Shown here one piece after another: positions 37,296-47,342 of a stretch of 64,000 bases of DNA. Under the pieces are notes generated by a model that ran no database searches, was not told the DNA's origin, and worked only from the letters and a program-made list of their open reading frames with translations. The translations under genes were made by a program, and so were the position numbers. The stretch lies in NCBI GenBank assembly GCA_964354535.1, contig CAYHAJ010000294.1:5067-69066 (forward strand), read 5' to 3'. Origin of the DNA: an uncultured Pirellulales bacterium. GTDB taxonomy: Bacteria > Planctomycetota > Phycisphaerae > Sedimentisphaerales > Anaerobacaceae. Position 1 is the first letter of the stretch; each line of letters begins with the position of its first letter.

Positions 37296-38828
37296 TTACT
37301 CGGCCTTGCCTTCCTCGGGCTTGGCCGCAGACTTCTTCTTCGCTTTCTTGCCCTTCTCTGGTTTCTCTTCGGGCGCCGGCTCGGTAATGTTCGCGGACTC
37401 GAGGAGCTTGCTGATACACTTGTTCTGGCGCACTTCCAGCCGGAACTGGGAGAGCGAGCCGTCGCGCTCCATCTGCTCCTTGAGCTTCTCCGGCCGCTGG
37501 CCCCGTTGGAGCGCGACCTGGGCGATATGGCCGTTGATCTCCTCATCGCTGACGTCGATCTCCAGCTTCTCGGCGACCTTGTCCGTAATGAAGAAGGTCT
37601 TGAGTTGCTGTTTGGCCTGCTCCTCGCTGCCGGCCCGGAGCTGCTCCATCTGCTCCTCAACCTGCTGGCGGCTCAGCCCCCGCGACAGCAGATTGATGTA
37701 CTGCCGCTGCAGCACGTTGCCGGCCTGCCGGGCCACGATATCCAGCGGTAGATCGAACTTGGCCTTGTCGAGCAGGTATTGATAAATCTGCTCGCTCATG
37801 TCGCTGCGCGCCTGAGATTCGAGGCGGGCCTGCAGGTTGTCGCGGATCTTTTCCCGCAACTCTTCTACCGTCGGAGCCCCGTATCGCTGCAGGAATTGCT
37901 CGTTTATTTCGGCAGGCTTGAGGCATTTGATCTCCTTGACTTCGATCTCGACATTGACCTTGCGGCCCTGGAGCTCCGCGCGGAAGTAGGTCTTGGGGAT
38001 CTCGACAATCGTCGTCTTCTTGTCGCCCACGGCCGCGCCGACGAGCAACTCGTCCAGCTTCTCGACCGGCACCGATCCGACGAAGCCGTTCGGCCGGACG
38101 TAGATTTCCGCGTTGTCCAGCTTGGTTTCGGCTTCCGGAATATAAGTCGGCTGGCCCTCTTTATCCTCGGTCTTGCCCTCAACCTGGGCCACTTGCCGGG
38201 CCTTTTCCTCGTCCGTCAGCTCGAGGTTCTGCCGGACACCCGCGATCACCTGGTCGTCCCGCTCGACCGTGCCGCCTTCGCGCGGCGTCCAGACGCCCGA
38301 CCACCGTTGGAGCTGCTCGATCTCCCGGTCGATCTGGGCCTCGGTCACTTCGAGCTTGGGCCGGGTCACAGGGATGCCCTCCAGTGCGGGCAGCTCGAAT
38401 TCCGGCCGGACTTCCACCTGGAAGTCGAACTTCAGCGGCCCGGTCTGGGGCAACTCGACATGTTCGTAATCGACATCCGGATCGGTCAGCACGTCCAGTT
38501 TCTGGTCGCGGATGGCCGCCCCGCTGGCCTCCGCCAGCAGCTTGAGCTTGACCTGCTCGCCGGTCTCCTTGCCGAACCGCTTCTCCAGGAGCCGGCGCGG
38601 CGCCCGCCCCTTGCGAAAGCCCGGCAGCACGGCATCCCGCCGCAGCTCCCGATACTGCTCATCGACCACTTCTTTGATCGTCTCTTCCGGAATCTCGACC
38701 GTTACCTTCTTCTTGCAGGGTCCGACCTCCTCGACCGCCACGGTGTTCTTCGCAGTCCTGGGCTGTTCCCCTTCCGGCGCGCCTTCCTCCGGCCCGGAGG
38801 CCGTTGTTTCTTCGTTTTCATCCGCCAT
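37296..38828 (-). CDS. tig: Trigger factor
   Basis: ATG 38828 (MADENEE...). The Tig blocks include VLPGFRKGRAPRRLLEKRFG. The product shows the N-terminal ribosome-binding, PPIase-like and C-terminal arm layout, ending in a Lys-rich tail. Confidence 0.95.
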   Translation of the reverse strand: MADENEETTASGPEEGAPEGEQPRTAKNTVAVEEVGPCKKKVTVEIPEETIKEVVDEQYRELRRDAVLPGFRKGRAPRRLLEKRFGKETGEQVKLKLLAEASGAAIRDQKLDVLTDPDVDYEHVELPQTGPLKFDFQVEVRPEFELPALEGIPVTRPKLEVTEAQIDREIEQLQRWSGVWTPREGGTVERDDQVIAGVRQNLELTDEEKARQVAQVEGKTEDKEGQPTYIPEAETKLDNAEIYVRPNGFVGSVPVEKLDELLVGAAVGDKKTTIVEIPKTYFRAELQGRKVNVEIEVKEIKCLKPAEINEQFLQRYGAPTVEELREKIRDNLQARLESQARSDMSEQIYQYLLDKAKFDLPLDIVARQAGNVLQRQYINLLSRGLSRQQVEEQMEQLRAGSEEQAKQQLKTFFITDKVAEKLEIDVSDEEINGHIAQVALQRGQRPEKLKEQMERDGSLSQFRLEVRQNKCISKLLESANITEPAPEEKPEKGKKAKKKSAAKPEEGKAE

Positions 38829-38876
38829 CGCGGCACTCCCAAAAAACCTAATCCAACTCCTGCCCGAACTTCTGCT

Positions 38877-38918
38877 CAAAACAAAAAAGGCTACCGGAGC
38901 ACACTCTGCCCCTTAGCC
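38877..38918 (-). terminator. Terminator-like hairpin plus U-tract between tRNA-Gly and tig
   Basis: The minus strand reads GGCTAaGGGGCAgagtgTGCTCCggTAGCC followed by TTTTTTGTTTTG. It ends 49 nt upstream of the tig ATG. Confidence 0.4.
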
Positions 38919-39072
38919 AGGTGAACGTTTCCGGCCCCGCCGCGCGTGCCGCGGGGCTTGAACGTATCGACGACCAATGCCAAACTACACCTAGCCGGTA
39001 CCTCGCCGATACTATACGGTTCTCCGACGCTCCAGTGCGTCGGAGGCTCCCGTCCTTAGGAGAAACTCCTAC

Positions 39073-39144
39073 AGCGGGCGATGAGACTTGAACTCACGAC
39101 ACCCACGTTGGCAACGTGATGCTCTACCACTGAGCTACGCCCGC
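39073..39144 (-). tRNA. tRNA-Gly (anticodon GCC)
   Basis: The minus strand reads GCGGGCG TA GCTC AGTGGTA GAGC A TCACG TTGCCAA CGTGG GTGTC GTGAG TTCAAGT CTCAT CGCCCGC T. This is a full 72-nt cloverleaf with no encoded CCA. Confidence 0.95.
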
Positions 39145-39214
39145 CTAAACCAACACGTAGAATATAAACGCCCTCCTATTCACCTGCAACCCCTTTTTCC
39201 CAAAAATTTCGCGG

Positions 39215-40255
39215 CTACCGCACGCTGATGGAGCCGCTGCCGGTGTGGGCGGTGAGGCTGCCGGTGCCCTCGCCGATGGTGCCGGTGATGTGGCGCTTGC
39301 CGATCTCGCCCCGGACCGTCAGGGGCCGGTCGATATGGACGGAGCCGCTGCCGACCGACAGGTCCACCCGGCCCGCAAAGCCCGGCGGCAGGGTCACGTT
39401 GATGCCGCCGGAACCCGTGCCGAGGTCCGCCACGACGGTGTTCGGCGCGGAGGGCGAGAAAGCCACGGAGACGTGGCCGCTGCCCGAGCCGGCCTTCACG
39501 CGTGCGCAGTTGACATCCTCGCCCGTCACGCCGCCACTGCCGGAATCCATGCGGATCGACTCGGCTTGGACGTGCTGGAGGTGCACCGGCCCCGACGACG
39601 AATGGGCCCGGCAGTCCCCTATTTGTGAGGCGTTGGACAGCCGGACACCGCCGCTGGCAGTATCGAGATCGACATCGCCGCCACTGACATCGTCACAATG
39701 GACCGATCCGCTGGCGGAGCGCAGACGCGCGGCCCCCTTGATCTGGGCGGCCTCGACCGACCCGCTGGCCGTCCGCGCGTTGACGTTGCCAGTCAGGTCC
39801 CGGACTTTGAGCGAGCCGGAGGCGCTTTCGCAGTCGAGGCTCATCTGCCGGGGCGCAGTGATGTTGTAGCTGATGCTGATCCGGTTCCGGCGCAGCGTAG
39901 GCAGATCCGCCTTGATTTCGAGCTTGTTGCCGGACTCCTGGAAGCCGATCTCTACCTCTTCGGCCAGTTTCTGCGCTTCTTCCTCGGTAGCTGCCTGCGC
40001 TGTGATCTTGGCAACGACCTGCACCTGATCGGTCTCCTGGCCCGTGGTCTCGATCGAGCCGCTGGCCGTCGAGACGACCAGTGTGCCCCCCGCCGCCATG
40101 GCGTGCTGGAGCTCAACCGTCCGTTCGAACTTGGCCCGGTGGCTCCAGAAGCCCCCTTCCCACTCGCCGTCATGGATGACAATGCAGCCCCCAACGGACA
40201 GCAACAGAGCGACCCCAACCGCTACCAGCCCGATCATTCCCTTTACCCGCGTCAT
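39215..40255 (-). CDS. DUF4097-family (putative adhesin) beta-repeat lipoprotein
   Basis: ATG 40255 is preceded by AAGGAG. The product has a lipobox (LLLSVGGC) and repeated ASGS[VI]...(D/S)(V/L)...TASG strands typical of DUF4097. Confidence 0.8.
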   Translation of the reverse strand: MTRVKGMIGLVAVGVALLLSVGGCIVIHDGEWEGGFWSHRAKFERTVELQHAMAAGGTLVVSTASGSIETTGQETDQVQVVAKITAQAATEEEAQKLAEEVEIGFQESGNKLEIKADLPTLRRNRISISYNITAPRQMSLDCESASGSLKVRDLTGNVNARTASGSVEAAQIKGAARLRSASGSVHCDDVSGGDVDLDTASGGVRLSNASQIGDCRAHSSSGPVHLQHVQAESIRMDSGSGGVTGEDVNCARVKAGSGSGHVSVAFSPSAPNTVVADLGTGSGGINVTLPPGFAGRVDLSVGSGSVHIDRPLTVRGEIGKRHITGTIGEGTGSLTAHTGSGSISVR

Positions 40256-40523
40256 TCTCCATCTCCTTAAGCTTTTCCGTGTGTGTTCTTGCTCATACCG
40301 CCTGTTTGCCGCCACATTCTACTCCCGGCCCGCCGCGTGTCAAAGCCGGCGGGACGAAAAATCACGAGGCCCGATGCGGCCGGCCACCACGCCGCGCGCA
40401 GTACCATTCAGCCTATTCGTCGCAGTCGGAGGCAATCTATTTCAGGAATAACGTTGCCACTCGACGATTCCCCTGGAACCGGATTGAGCGTTTTAGGAGA
40501 GGTGGTTATGATACGAATCGACC

Positions 40524-42044
40524 ATGCGACGAAGAACGTTTCTATTGTTAGCGTGCGTCTTACTGTCGTGGGCGTGGGCTCCGTCCCTCGCCTGGGCACG
40601 GGACTACTACGTCAGCCCCACGGGCGAGGATTCGAATCCCGGGACTCTCACCGAGCCTTGGAGGAGCATCGCCAAGGTAAATGACACGCGCCTCCAGCCG
40701 GGCGGCTGTGTGCACTTCCAGGGCGGCCGGACCTTCACCGGCACGGTGGAACTCGGTCCGGACGACAGCGGCGCCGCCGACCGCGAGGTCATCGTGACTT
40801 CATATGGAGAGGGACGGGCGGTCATCAACGGCGGCCACGGGAGCGGTCTGCGGGCCCGTGAGTGCGAGCGCCTGATCGTGCGGGACCTCGACTTCATCGG
40901 CTCCGGGCGCAAGAGCGGCAATACCCAGGATGGCGTCTGTATTCTTGATGTTCGCGGGGTTCAGATCGACCGGATCAAAGTCAGCGGTTTCCGGGGCAGC
41001 GGATTGCGGCTGGATGGCGTCACTGGAGCGCGAATCACGAACGTCTACACCCGCGAGAATGGCGCCGCCGGACTGACGGTGGGCTACGACAAGCGCTCGA
41101 AGGGCGTGTACATCGGCCGTTGCGTGGCCAGGAACAATCCGGGTGATCCGTGCAACCTGACCAATCACAGCGGCAACGGCATCGTCGTGGGCAACGCCCA
41201 GAACGTGACTATCGAATACTGCGAGGCGGCGAACAACGGCTGGGATATGCCCCGCAAAGGCAACGGCCCGGTCGGCATCTGGGCCTGGAACAGCGACCGC
41301 GTCGTTATCCAGTTCTGCATCAGCCACGACAACAAGAGTCCGGGCGACGACGGCGGCGGGTTCGACCTGGACGGCGGCGTGACGAACTCGATTCTCCAGT
41401 ATAACCTCTCGTACCATAACGACGGGCCCGGATACTTTCTCTGCCAGTATCCCGGCGCCCCGGACTTCAAGGACAACGTCATCCGCTACAACATCAGCCA
41501 AGACGACGGCGTCAAGAACAACCGCCGCAGCGGCATCGACATCTATTCGTCCAGTCCCAACACCTCCGACTGCCAGGTCTACAACAACACCATATACAAC
41601 CGGCACGGAACGGCGGTCGGCTTCGGCGGCCTGCCCATGCCCAACGTCGTCTTTCGCAACAATATCTTCATCTGCACAGGCAACGTCATCTCCGGCGACG
41701 CCCCACGGGGACGGTTCGAGGGCAACCTCTACTGGTCCGCCGATGGACGGGACTTGTCGTTCGACGGTCATCGTTCGCTCCGAGAGTGGGCCCAGGCGAC
41801 GGGCCAGGAGAAGATCGGCGACGAGATTGTTGGCAAGCTTCTCGATCCGATGCTGACAAATCCCGGCACAGCAGCCATTACCGATCCGGCCGCCCTCGCC
41901 GGCTTGGCTGCGTACAAACTGAGGCCGGACTCGCCCTGCTTGGGCGCCGGCATCGTGATCCAGGATAACGGCGACCGGGACTTCTGGGGCAACCGCGTGC
42001 CCAAGTCCGAGTGCCCCGCGCTCGGTGCGTGCGAAAAGCCGTAG
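40524..42044 (+). CDS. Secreted right-handed parallel beta-helix (pectate-lyase-fold) protein
   Basis: After the signal peptide (WAPSLAWA) comes YYVSPTGEDSNPGT...PW.SI. Repeated hydrophobic-N/D-G turns follow (NNGWD, HDN, YHNDGPGY, YNN). Confidence 0.8.
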   Translation: MRRRTFLLLACVLLSWAWAPSLAWARDYYVSPTGEDSNPGTLTEPWRSIAKVNDTRLQPGGCVHFQGGRTFTGTVELGPDDSGAADREVIVTSYGEGRAVINGGHGSGLRARECERLIVRDLDFIGSGRKSGNTQDGVCILDVRGVQIDRIKVSGFRGSGLRLDGVTGARITNVYTRENGAAGLTVGYDKRSKGVYIGRCVARNNPGDPCNLTNHSGNGIVVGNAQNVTIEYCEAANNGWDMPRKGNGPVGIWAWNSDRVVIQFCISHDNKSPGDDGGGFDLDGGVTNSILQYNLSYHNDGPGYFLCQYPGAPDFKDNVIRYNISQDDGVKNNRRSGIDIYSSSPNTSDCQVYNNTIYNRHGTAVGFGGLPMPNVVFRNNIFICTGNVISGDAPRGRFEGNLYWSADGRDLSFDGHRSLREWAQATGQEKIGDEIVGKLLDPMLTNPGTAAITDPAALAGLAAYKLRPDSPCLGAGIVIQDNGDRDFWGNRVPKSECPALGACEKP

Positions 42045-42161
42045 GGGCAGGCCCCCGTGCCTGCCCTATTTCAGGGCAACCACAGGGTCGGGTTCCCAAA
42101 CGCAAAAAGACCGCGTTTGGGGTCCCGGTTGCCCCTACAAACGCGTAAGAAAGGGGACAAG

Positions 42162-44276
42162 ATGAAACAATATGCAAGTCTGACGATTACGGTGTGCTTT
42201 GCAGCGCTGACGCTCTTCGGTTGCGTGACGCAGGCACAAAGCCGCCCTGCCGAGAGCCAATCCGTGCTCCCGCCGGGGCGGGCGATGTACATCGGCGTGG
42301 ACTACTACCCCGAGCACTGGCCTCATGAGCGATGGGAAACCGACGCCAGGCTCATGAAGGAGGCCGGCTTCAACGTCGTACGTCTCGCCGAGTTCGCCTG
42401 GATCGATATGGAGCCGCGCGAGGGCCAGTTCGACTTCGCCTGGCTGGACGAGGCGATCAAGCTGCTGGGCCGCCACGACATTGACGTGATCCTCGGCACC
42501 CCCACCGCCGTTATGCCCGCCTGGGTCGCCCAGAAATACCCCGCGGCCCTGCGGACCCAGGCCGACGGCAGCCAGATCGTCTGGGGCGGCCGCAAGCACA
42601 ACTGCTTCTCGAACGAGGATTATCGCCGGCTCTCCCGGCGGATCACGCGGGCCATGGCCGAGCACTTCGCCAAGACGCCCAACGTCATCGGCTGGCAGAT
42701 CGACAACGAGTTCGGCGGGGAGGAATGTCACTGCCGCTCGTGCGTCGCCGATTTCCAGACCTGGCTTCGCGACAAATACGGCACGCTCGACGCGCTCAAC
42801 CAGGCCTGGGGCAATCGCTTCTGGGGCCTGAAGTTCACCGACTGGTCCCAGATCACGATCCCCGACGGGGCCACGGACCGGCCCTGGGTCATGGGCAATC
42901 CCAGCGCGGTCCTCGACTGGAAACGGTTCATCACGTTCCAGCAGGCCCGCTTCCAGGCCGAGCAGGTCCAGATCCTCCGCGCCGCCTGCCCCGACGATTT
43001 CATCACGCACAACTTCATGGGCCTGTTCCAGGGCCTGGACTACTACGTCATGGCGGAGACCATCGATTTCGTCGCCTGGGACAATTACCCGATCTGGTCC
43101 GACAAGCCGGACATCCCGTACAGCGCGTCGCTGGCCGCCGACCTCATGCGGGGCCTCAAGGGCAAGAATTTCATGATCATGGAACAGACGGCGGGCCCCT
43201 GCGGCTGGGAGGCGTTCGGCCGCAATCCCTGGCCCGGCGAGATCCGCAAAATCGCCTACCAGCAACTGGCCCACGGCTCGGACGGCCAGATCTGGTTCCG
43301 CTGGCGGACCTGCACCGTCGGCCGGGAGCAATACTGGCACGGCCTGCTCGGCCACGACGGCAAGCCCCTCCGCCGCTACCAGGAGGCCGCCCAAACCGCC
43401 AAAGAATTCCGCCAACTCGAACCCTACCTCCGCGGCACGACGCCCATCTGCGACGTCGCGATCCTCTACGATTACGACAACCTCTGGTCCCTCAATTTCC
43501 AGCCGGGCTTCGCAGGCAACAGCCTGCAAGCCGCGATCCGCCGCTACTACGACGCCCTCTTTCGCGCCGGGGTCAACGCGGACATAATCAACCGCAGCGC
43601 CGACCTGTCGAAATACAAGCTGGTCCTCGCCCCCGACCTGTCGATCCTGCCCGACGCGACCGCCGCGAAACTGGACGCCTACGTGAAAACCGGCGGCACC
43701 CTGCTCGCCGACTGCCGCACGGGTGTCAAGGACGAGCGCAACCTCTGCCACGACCGGACCCTGCCCGGCCTGCTGGCCCCCGCCCTCGGCATCCGCATCG
43801 AGGAGTACAGCCCCCTGCCTGCGGACTCCCCCTACCAGGTCACCACCACCGACCGCCTCACCGGCACGTACACCGCGATCCAATACACCGACTGGCTGAC
43901 TCCGGAAACCGCCGCGCCGCAGGCGACCTACACCGGCCAATGGCACCTGAAACCCTTCGCCGCCGTCACGCGCAACCCCTACGGCCAAGGCCAAGCCTGG
44001 TACGTCGGCACCGTGGTCAAAGAGCCCGCCTTCTACGACACCCTGATCGCCCAACTCCTGAAGGACGCCGAAATCCGTCCAATTGTCACGCCCCCTCCCG
44101 GCGTGGAAGCCGCCCTCCGCCAAAGCCCGACCAAGAAACTCCTCTTCCTCATCAATCACACGGAGGAATCCAAGACTGTTAAGATCCCCAAGGGCAAAAC
44201 CGAGTTGTTGACCGGCCAGAAGACCGGAGACTCCCTTAATCTTGACCGCTTCGGAGTAGCCGTCCTCCAACTGTGA
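42162..44276 (+). CDS. GH42 beta-galactosidase with lipoprotein-type signal
   Basis: ATG 42162 (MKQYASLTITVCFAALTLFGC). The GH42 blocks are GVDYYPEHWP, GFNVVRLAEFAW...EP.EG.FDF.WLD, IGWQIDNEFG and the CHCRSC zinc site. Confidence 0.9.
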   Translation: MKQYASLTITVCFAALTLFGCVTQAQSRPAESQSVLPPGRAMYIGVDYYPEHWPHERWETDARLMKEAGFNVVRLAEFAWIDMEPREGQFDFAWLDEAIKLLGRHDIDVILGTPTAVMPAWVAQKYPAALRTQADGSQIVWGGRKHNCFSNEDYRRLSRRITRAMAEHFAKTPNVIGWQIDNEFGGEECHCRSCVADFQTWLRDKYGTLDALNQAWGNRFWGLKFTDWSQITIPDGATDRPWVMGNPSAVLDWKRFITFQQARFQAEQVQILRAACPDDFITHNFMGLFQGLDYYVMAETIDFVAWDNYPIWSDKPDIPYSASLAADLMRGLKGKNFMIMEQTAGPCGWEAFGRNPWPGEIRKIAYQQLAHGSDGQIWFRWRTCTVGREQYWHGLLGHDGKPLRRYQEAAQTAKEFRQLEPYLRGTTPICDVAILYDYDNLWSLNFQPGFAGNSLQAAIRRYYDALFRAGVNADIINRSADLSKYKLVLAPDLSILPDATAAKLDAYVKTGGTLLADCRTGVKDERNLCHDRTLPGLLAPALGIRIEEYSPLPADSPYQVTTTDRLTGTYTAIQYTDWLTPETAAPQATYTGQWHLKPFAAVTRNPYGQGQAWYVGTVVKEPAFYDTLIAQLLKDAEIRPIVTPPPGVEAALRQSPTKKLLFLINHTEESKTVKIPKGKTELLTGQKTGDSLNLDRFGVAVLQL

Positions 44277-44682
44277 TTCGCAACCAGAGATTTCCTCACC
44301 ACAGAGTCACAGAGGCCACGGAGATCAGACGACGGAAGGCTGGAGACGCCAGGCCATAGGCCGTAGCCGTGCCCTTCTCACCCTTCACACCCTGCGACTC
44401 TTCCCACCTGCGGCGGAGCCGCTGCCCTGCCCTGCGAGTTCTGCCGGAATGTCGTACCCTGCCGACATGCGAATCCTCCCGAATCACAAGTAACCACCTG
44501 CACTTACACCGGCGCCAGCCCGGCGTTCACCTCCCCGCACCATCATCCCCGACCGTCTCCTCTCTGTTCTCTGGAGAAAGTACCTGCCACCGTCCGATTC
44601 CCTAAGTGCAGCAATCTTCTGAGTCTACCGGCAGATCCAAGAAGACGACGCCGACAGAATCTCGATTCGCCGCCGAAAACAC

Positions 44683-44713
44683 TTGACATGCCTCCGCGAT
44701 AGGCAAATATAAT
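44683..44713 (+). promoter_or_regulatory. Possible promoter at the left edge of the AT-rich island
   Basis: TTGACA (44683-44688) is followed by AATATAAT. This reads as a -10 AATATA at 17 nt or TATAAT at 19 nt. It lies about 115 nt upstream of ATG 44827. Confidence 0.3.
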
Positions 44714-44826
44714 GCGGCGGTGGACCAGCATTGGCAGGCCCCAAGAAGAACGGGGGATATGAGACCACTACATAACAGTATCTCCCAGTCGCATTTTGGC
44801 AAACAGGCTGTGGGACATGGCTTGCG

Positions 44827-46341
44827 ATGAACGGAGGCGAGATGAACATATTCGACATTACGCAATACAGCGAAGGAATACCACCAGAAGACGTGCGCGC
44901 CGAAATCGCGAAGAACTCAGGGCGGATTGTCATTGAATATCCGATGACTTTCATCCATTCGTCCAACTCGCACCTTGACATCATCCACAACTATCTTGAA
45001 GCTTCGTATGTTGCCGAATCACTTGGGAGGTATGCGGCAAGTATTACCACAGAGGAGATTTCGCGGTTTCCGGCCTGTCCCATCTGCCGCTACAACATTG
45101 TGGTCGCAGCGCCTGAGCCTTTCATCGAGAAGCTGACGCAGCTATCGCTTGCCCTCTACGAAGACCAGGAAGACGATGGCGTCGTTCTGGATTACGCAAC
45201 GGAGTTGGATGACTATGCTGATTCTCTGGACGAAAGGCAGTTCCTTTGCCCTGACCTGGTGGATGGGTATTATGCGAATCTTGTTGGCGCGGCTGACTGC
45301 GAACTGGACTCGGAATGTGAAGGGTACTTGGCCACTGAGTACAAGAAGCATCCGGAGAGAGAATACGGCTTCTGGAAAAGCGCATATTCGAATACGATTG
45401 GGGCGTGCTTCTACGTGTCGCGTGAGTGTTGGGTGGTCCCTGTCGGGATAGATATCTGCAAACTACTATCCGTGTACTCCGGACTCTCCTCAGCAGAGAC
45501 ATACGAGGAGGCAACTCTGTTCAGCGTTGACCACATAAGCTATCTAGTCCACAAACACGCGGTGGTCTATTTCCCTTTCGGTCCGCTCCTGCACGCAAAG
45601 AATTTCGTGGGTGAGGTCCTAAGCTCCGATACAGATGAGGGGGTGAGTGCGAGCTTGCTCACATATTCTCCAACGGTAGATGAGGTTGAAGAACTGCGTG
45701 GCATCAACCTGCGTGCGACAACTACGCCGCCGAAGTATCTGCTGTCGCGATCCGGTTTTTCGATAATAGTTGAAGATGGACAGTACCGATATATCTTCTT
45801 TCCCGAACAGATAGAAGGCAATAGGAAGACTGCTCTCTACGAGGCAGTCTCGGCGATCTTTACCTGCGTTGCAGAGTGTGCCGGTGTTACGAGGAGCGTG
45901 GACTTGTCTTGGGATGGTTTTGACGATGAGAAATTCGAGAGTCTGTGCTATGACATAATCTACCATGATCCACGATTTGATAATCAGACTATCCGCAAAA
46001 TGGGCAAGTCGCGAAGCAGAGATGGAGGACGCGACATCGTGGTCTACACAAGAGGGCGACTGGGTTCTCCCAAGAAGATGTATATCTTTCAATGCAAGTT
46101 CACTCAAGTCAACTCATCTCTAACCGCGCACAAGGTTCAGAACATATCCGATACCATAGTCCAATATAACGCCCACGGGTATGGCGTAATGACACCCGTA
46201 GTAATTGATTCCGGTTTGTACGATAGAATCGACGATATATGCGATAGATACAAAGTCGAGAATACCAACTGGTCTGTTCTGGAGATCGAAAGGTTCATTG
46301 CACGACATCCGAATCTGAAGGAGAGGTACTTCACGCAGTGA
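44827..46341 (+). CDS. Hypothetical protein with C-terminal Mrr-like (PD-(D/E)xK) restriction-endonuclease domain
   Basis: The C-terminal 160 aa or so read FESLCYDIIYHDPRF..IRKMGKSRSRDGGRDIVVYT...YIFQCKF...V..ISD.I..YNAHGYGVMTP. This fits the Mrr_cat pattern (FE..., DGG.D, QCK). The N-terminal 340 aa or so were not recognised. The DNA is AT-richer. An alternative start is ATG 44842, after GGAGG. Confidence 0.75.
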   Translation: MNGGEMNIFDITQYSEGIPPEDVRAEIAKNSGRIVIEYPMTFIHSSNSHLDIIHNYLEASYVAESLGRYAASITTEEISRFPACPICRYNIVVAAPEPFIEKLTQLSLALYEDQEDDGVVLDYATELDDYADSLDERQFLCPDLVDGYYANLVGAADCELDSECEGYLATEYKKHPEREYGFWKSAYSNTIGACFYVSRECWVVPVGIDICKLLSVYSGLSSAETYEEATLFSVDHISYLVHKHAVVYFPFGPLLHAKNFVGEVLSSDTDEGVSASLLTYSPTVDEVEELRGINLRATTTPPKYLLSRSGFSIIVEDGQYRYIFFPEQIEGNRKTALYEAVSAIFTCVAECAGVTRSVDLSWDGFDDEKFESLCYDIIYHDPRFDNQTIRKMGKSRSRDGGRDIVVYTRGRLGSPKKMYIFQCKFTQVNSSLTAHKVQNISDTIVQYNAHGYGVMTPVVIDSGLYDRIDDICDRYKVENTNWSVLEIERFIARHPNLKERYFTQ

Positions 46342-46604
46342 GACTGGTCAGAGGAGCGAAAGGTGAGCCGAGATGCCTTCAAATCGAAATACGAATCATG
46401 AAGAGACAGAAACGAATCAGGCGACGGATGTCTTCCGGGCGCTCGGAACAGCCATATCCAAGGCCTGCTCCCTTTGCCGTCCTGATGTATTCCAGGCAAC
46501 GTAGGGAAAGAAAAAGCCTACAATTTCTTGCTTGTCCACCAATGATGGGCGCGTTATCCTGTGGTCTGTCGTTTGATCTTTCTTGAGTTTCTGGGAGCGC
46601 GCCA

Positions 46605-47312
46605 ATGAACATATCGGGCTTGACCGACCGTCAACTAGCCGCAATGATAGACCACACAGCATTGAAGCCGCAGGCACAGGAGTCACACATCATAAAACTA
46701 TGTGAGGAAGCGCGCACTCACGGATTTGGGGCGGTCTGTCTCGCGCCCACGTGGGTAGAGGTCGCAAAGAGAGAGCTCATGGGAACGGACGTCAAGATCG
46801 CGTCGGTGGTTGGTTTCCCGCACGGCAATACGCTTTCTCAAGTGAAAGCCTTTGAAGTCGAGCGTGCAATGCAGCTTGGGGCCACTGAATTCGACATGGT
46901 TATCAACATCGGTGCCCTGAAGGACCGAAATGAGAGAATTGTCGCCGCAGACATAGAGGCAGTTGTGAAGGTGGCCCACACAGACTCGGGTCTTGTCAAA
47001 GTGATCATTGAAGCTGCACTTCTGTCAGAGGTGGAGAAGCAACTTGCTTGTCGGCTGGCGAAGAAGGCCGGGGCCGATTTTGTAAAGACATCGACCGGCT
47101 TTGCAGGAGAAGGAAAGGGAGCTACCGTGGAAGATGTGCGACTTATGCGTGCCTCCGTTGGCGGAATGGTCGGAGTGAAAGCTGCAGGGGGCATCAAGGA
47201 TTGCGCGACGGCCCTGAGGATGATAGAGGCGGGAGCGACTCGCTTGGGTTGTTCGAGTTCAATACAGATACTTGAGCAATTCAGGTCTGGTCATTGTCCT
47301 GAGTCGGATTGA
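46605..47312 (+). CDS. deoC: Deoxyribose-phosphate aldolase
   Basis: IDHTALKP, GFGAVCL.P.WV, VVGFPHG and EFDMVINIG are present, along with the Lys-bearing strands LVKVIIEAALL and ADFVKTSTGF, then VKAAGGI. This is the short class-I DERA layout. Confidence 0.9.
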   Translation: MNISGLTDRQLAAMIDHTALKPQAQESHIIKLCEEARTHGFGAVCLAPTWVEVAKRELMGTDVKIASVVGFPHGNTLSQVKAFEVERAMQLGATEFDMVINIGALKDRNERIVAADIEAVVKVAHTDSGLVKVIIEAALLSEVEKQLACRLAKKAGADFVKTSTGFAGEGKGATVEDVRLMRASVGGMVGVKAAGGIKDCATALRMIEAGATRLGCSSSIQILEQFRSGHCPESD

Positions 47313-47342
47313 CGTTGTGCGAGTGGTTAAGGAGAGAGACGA

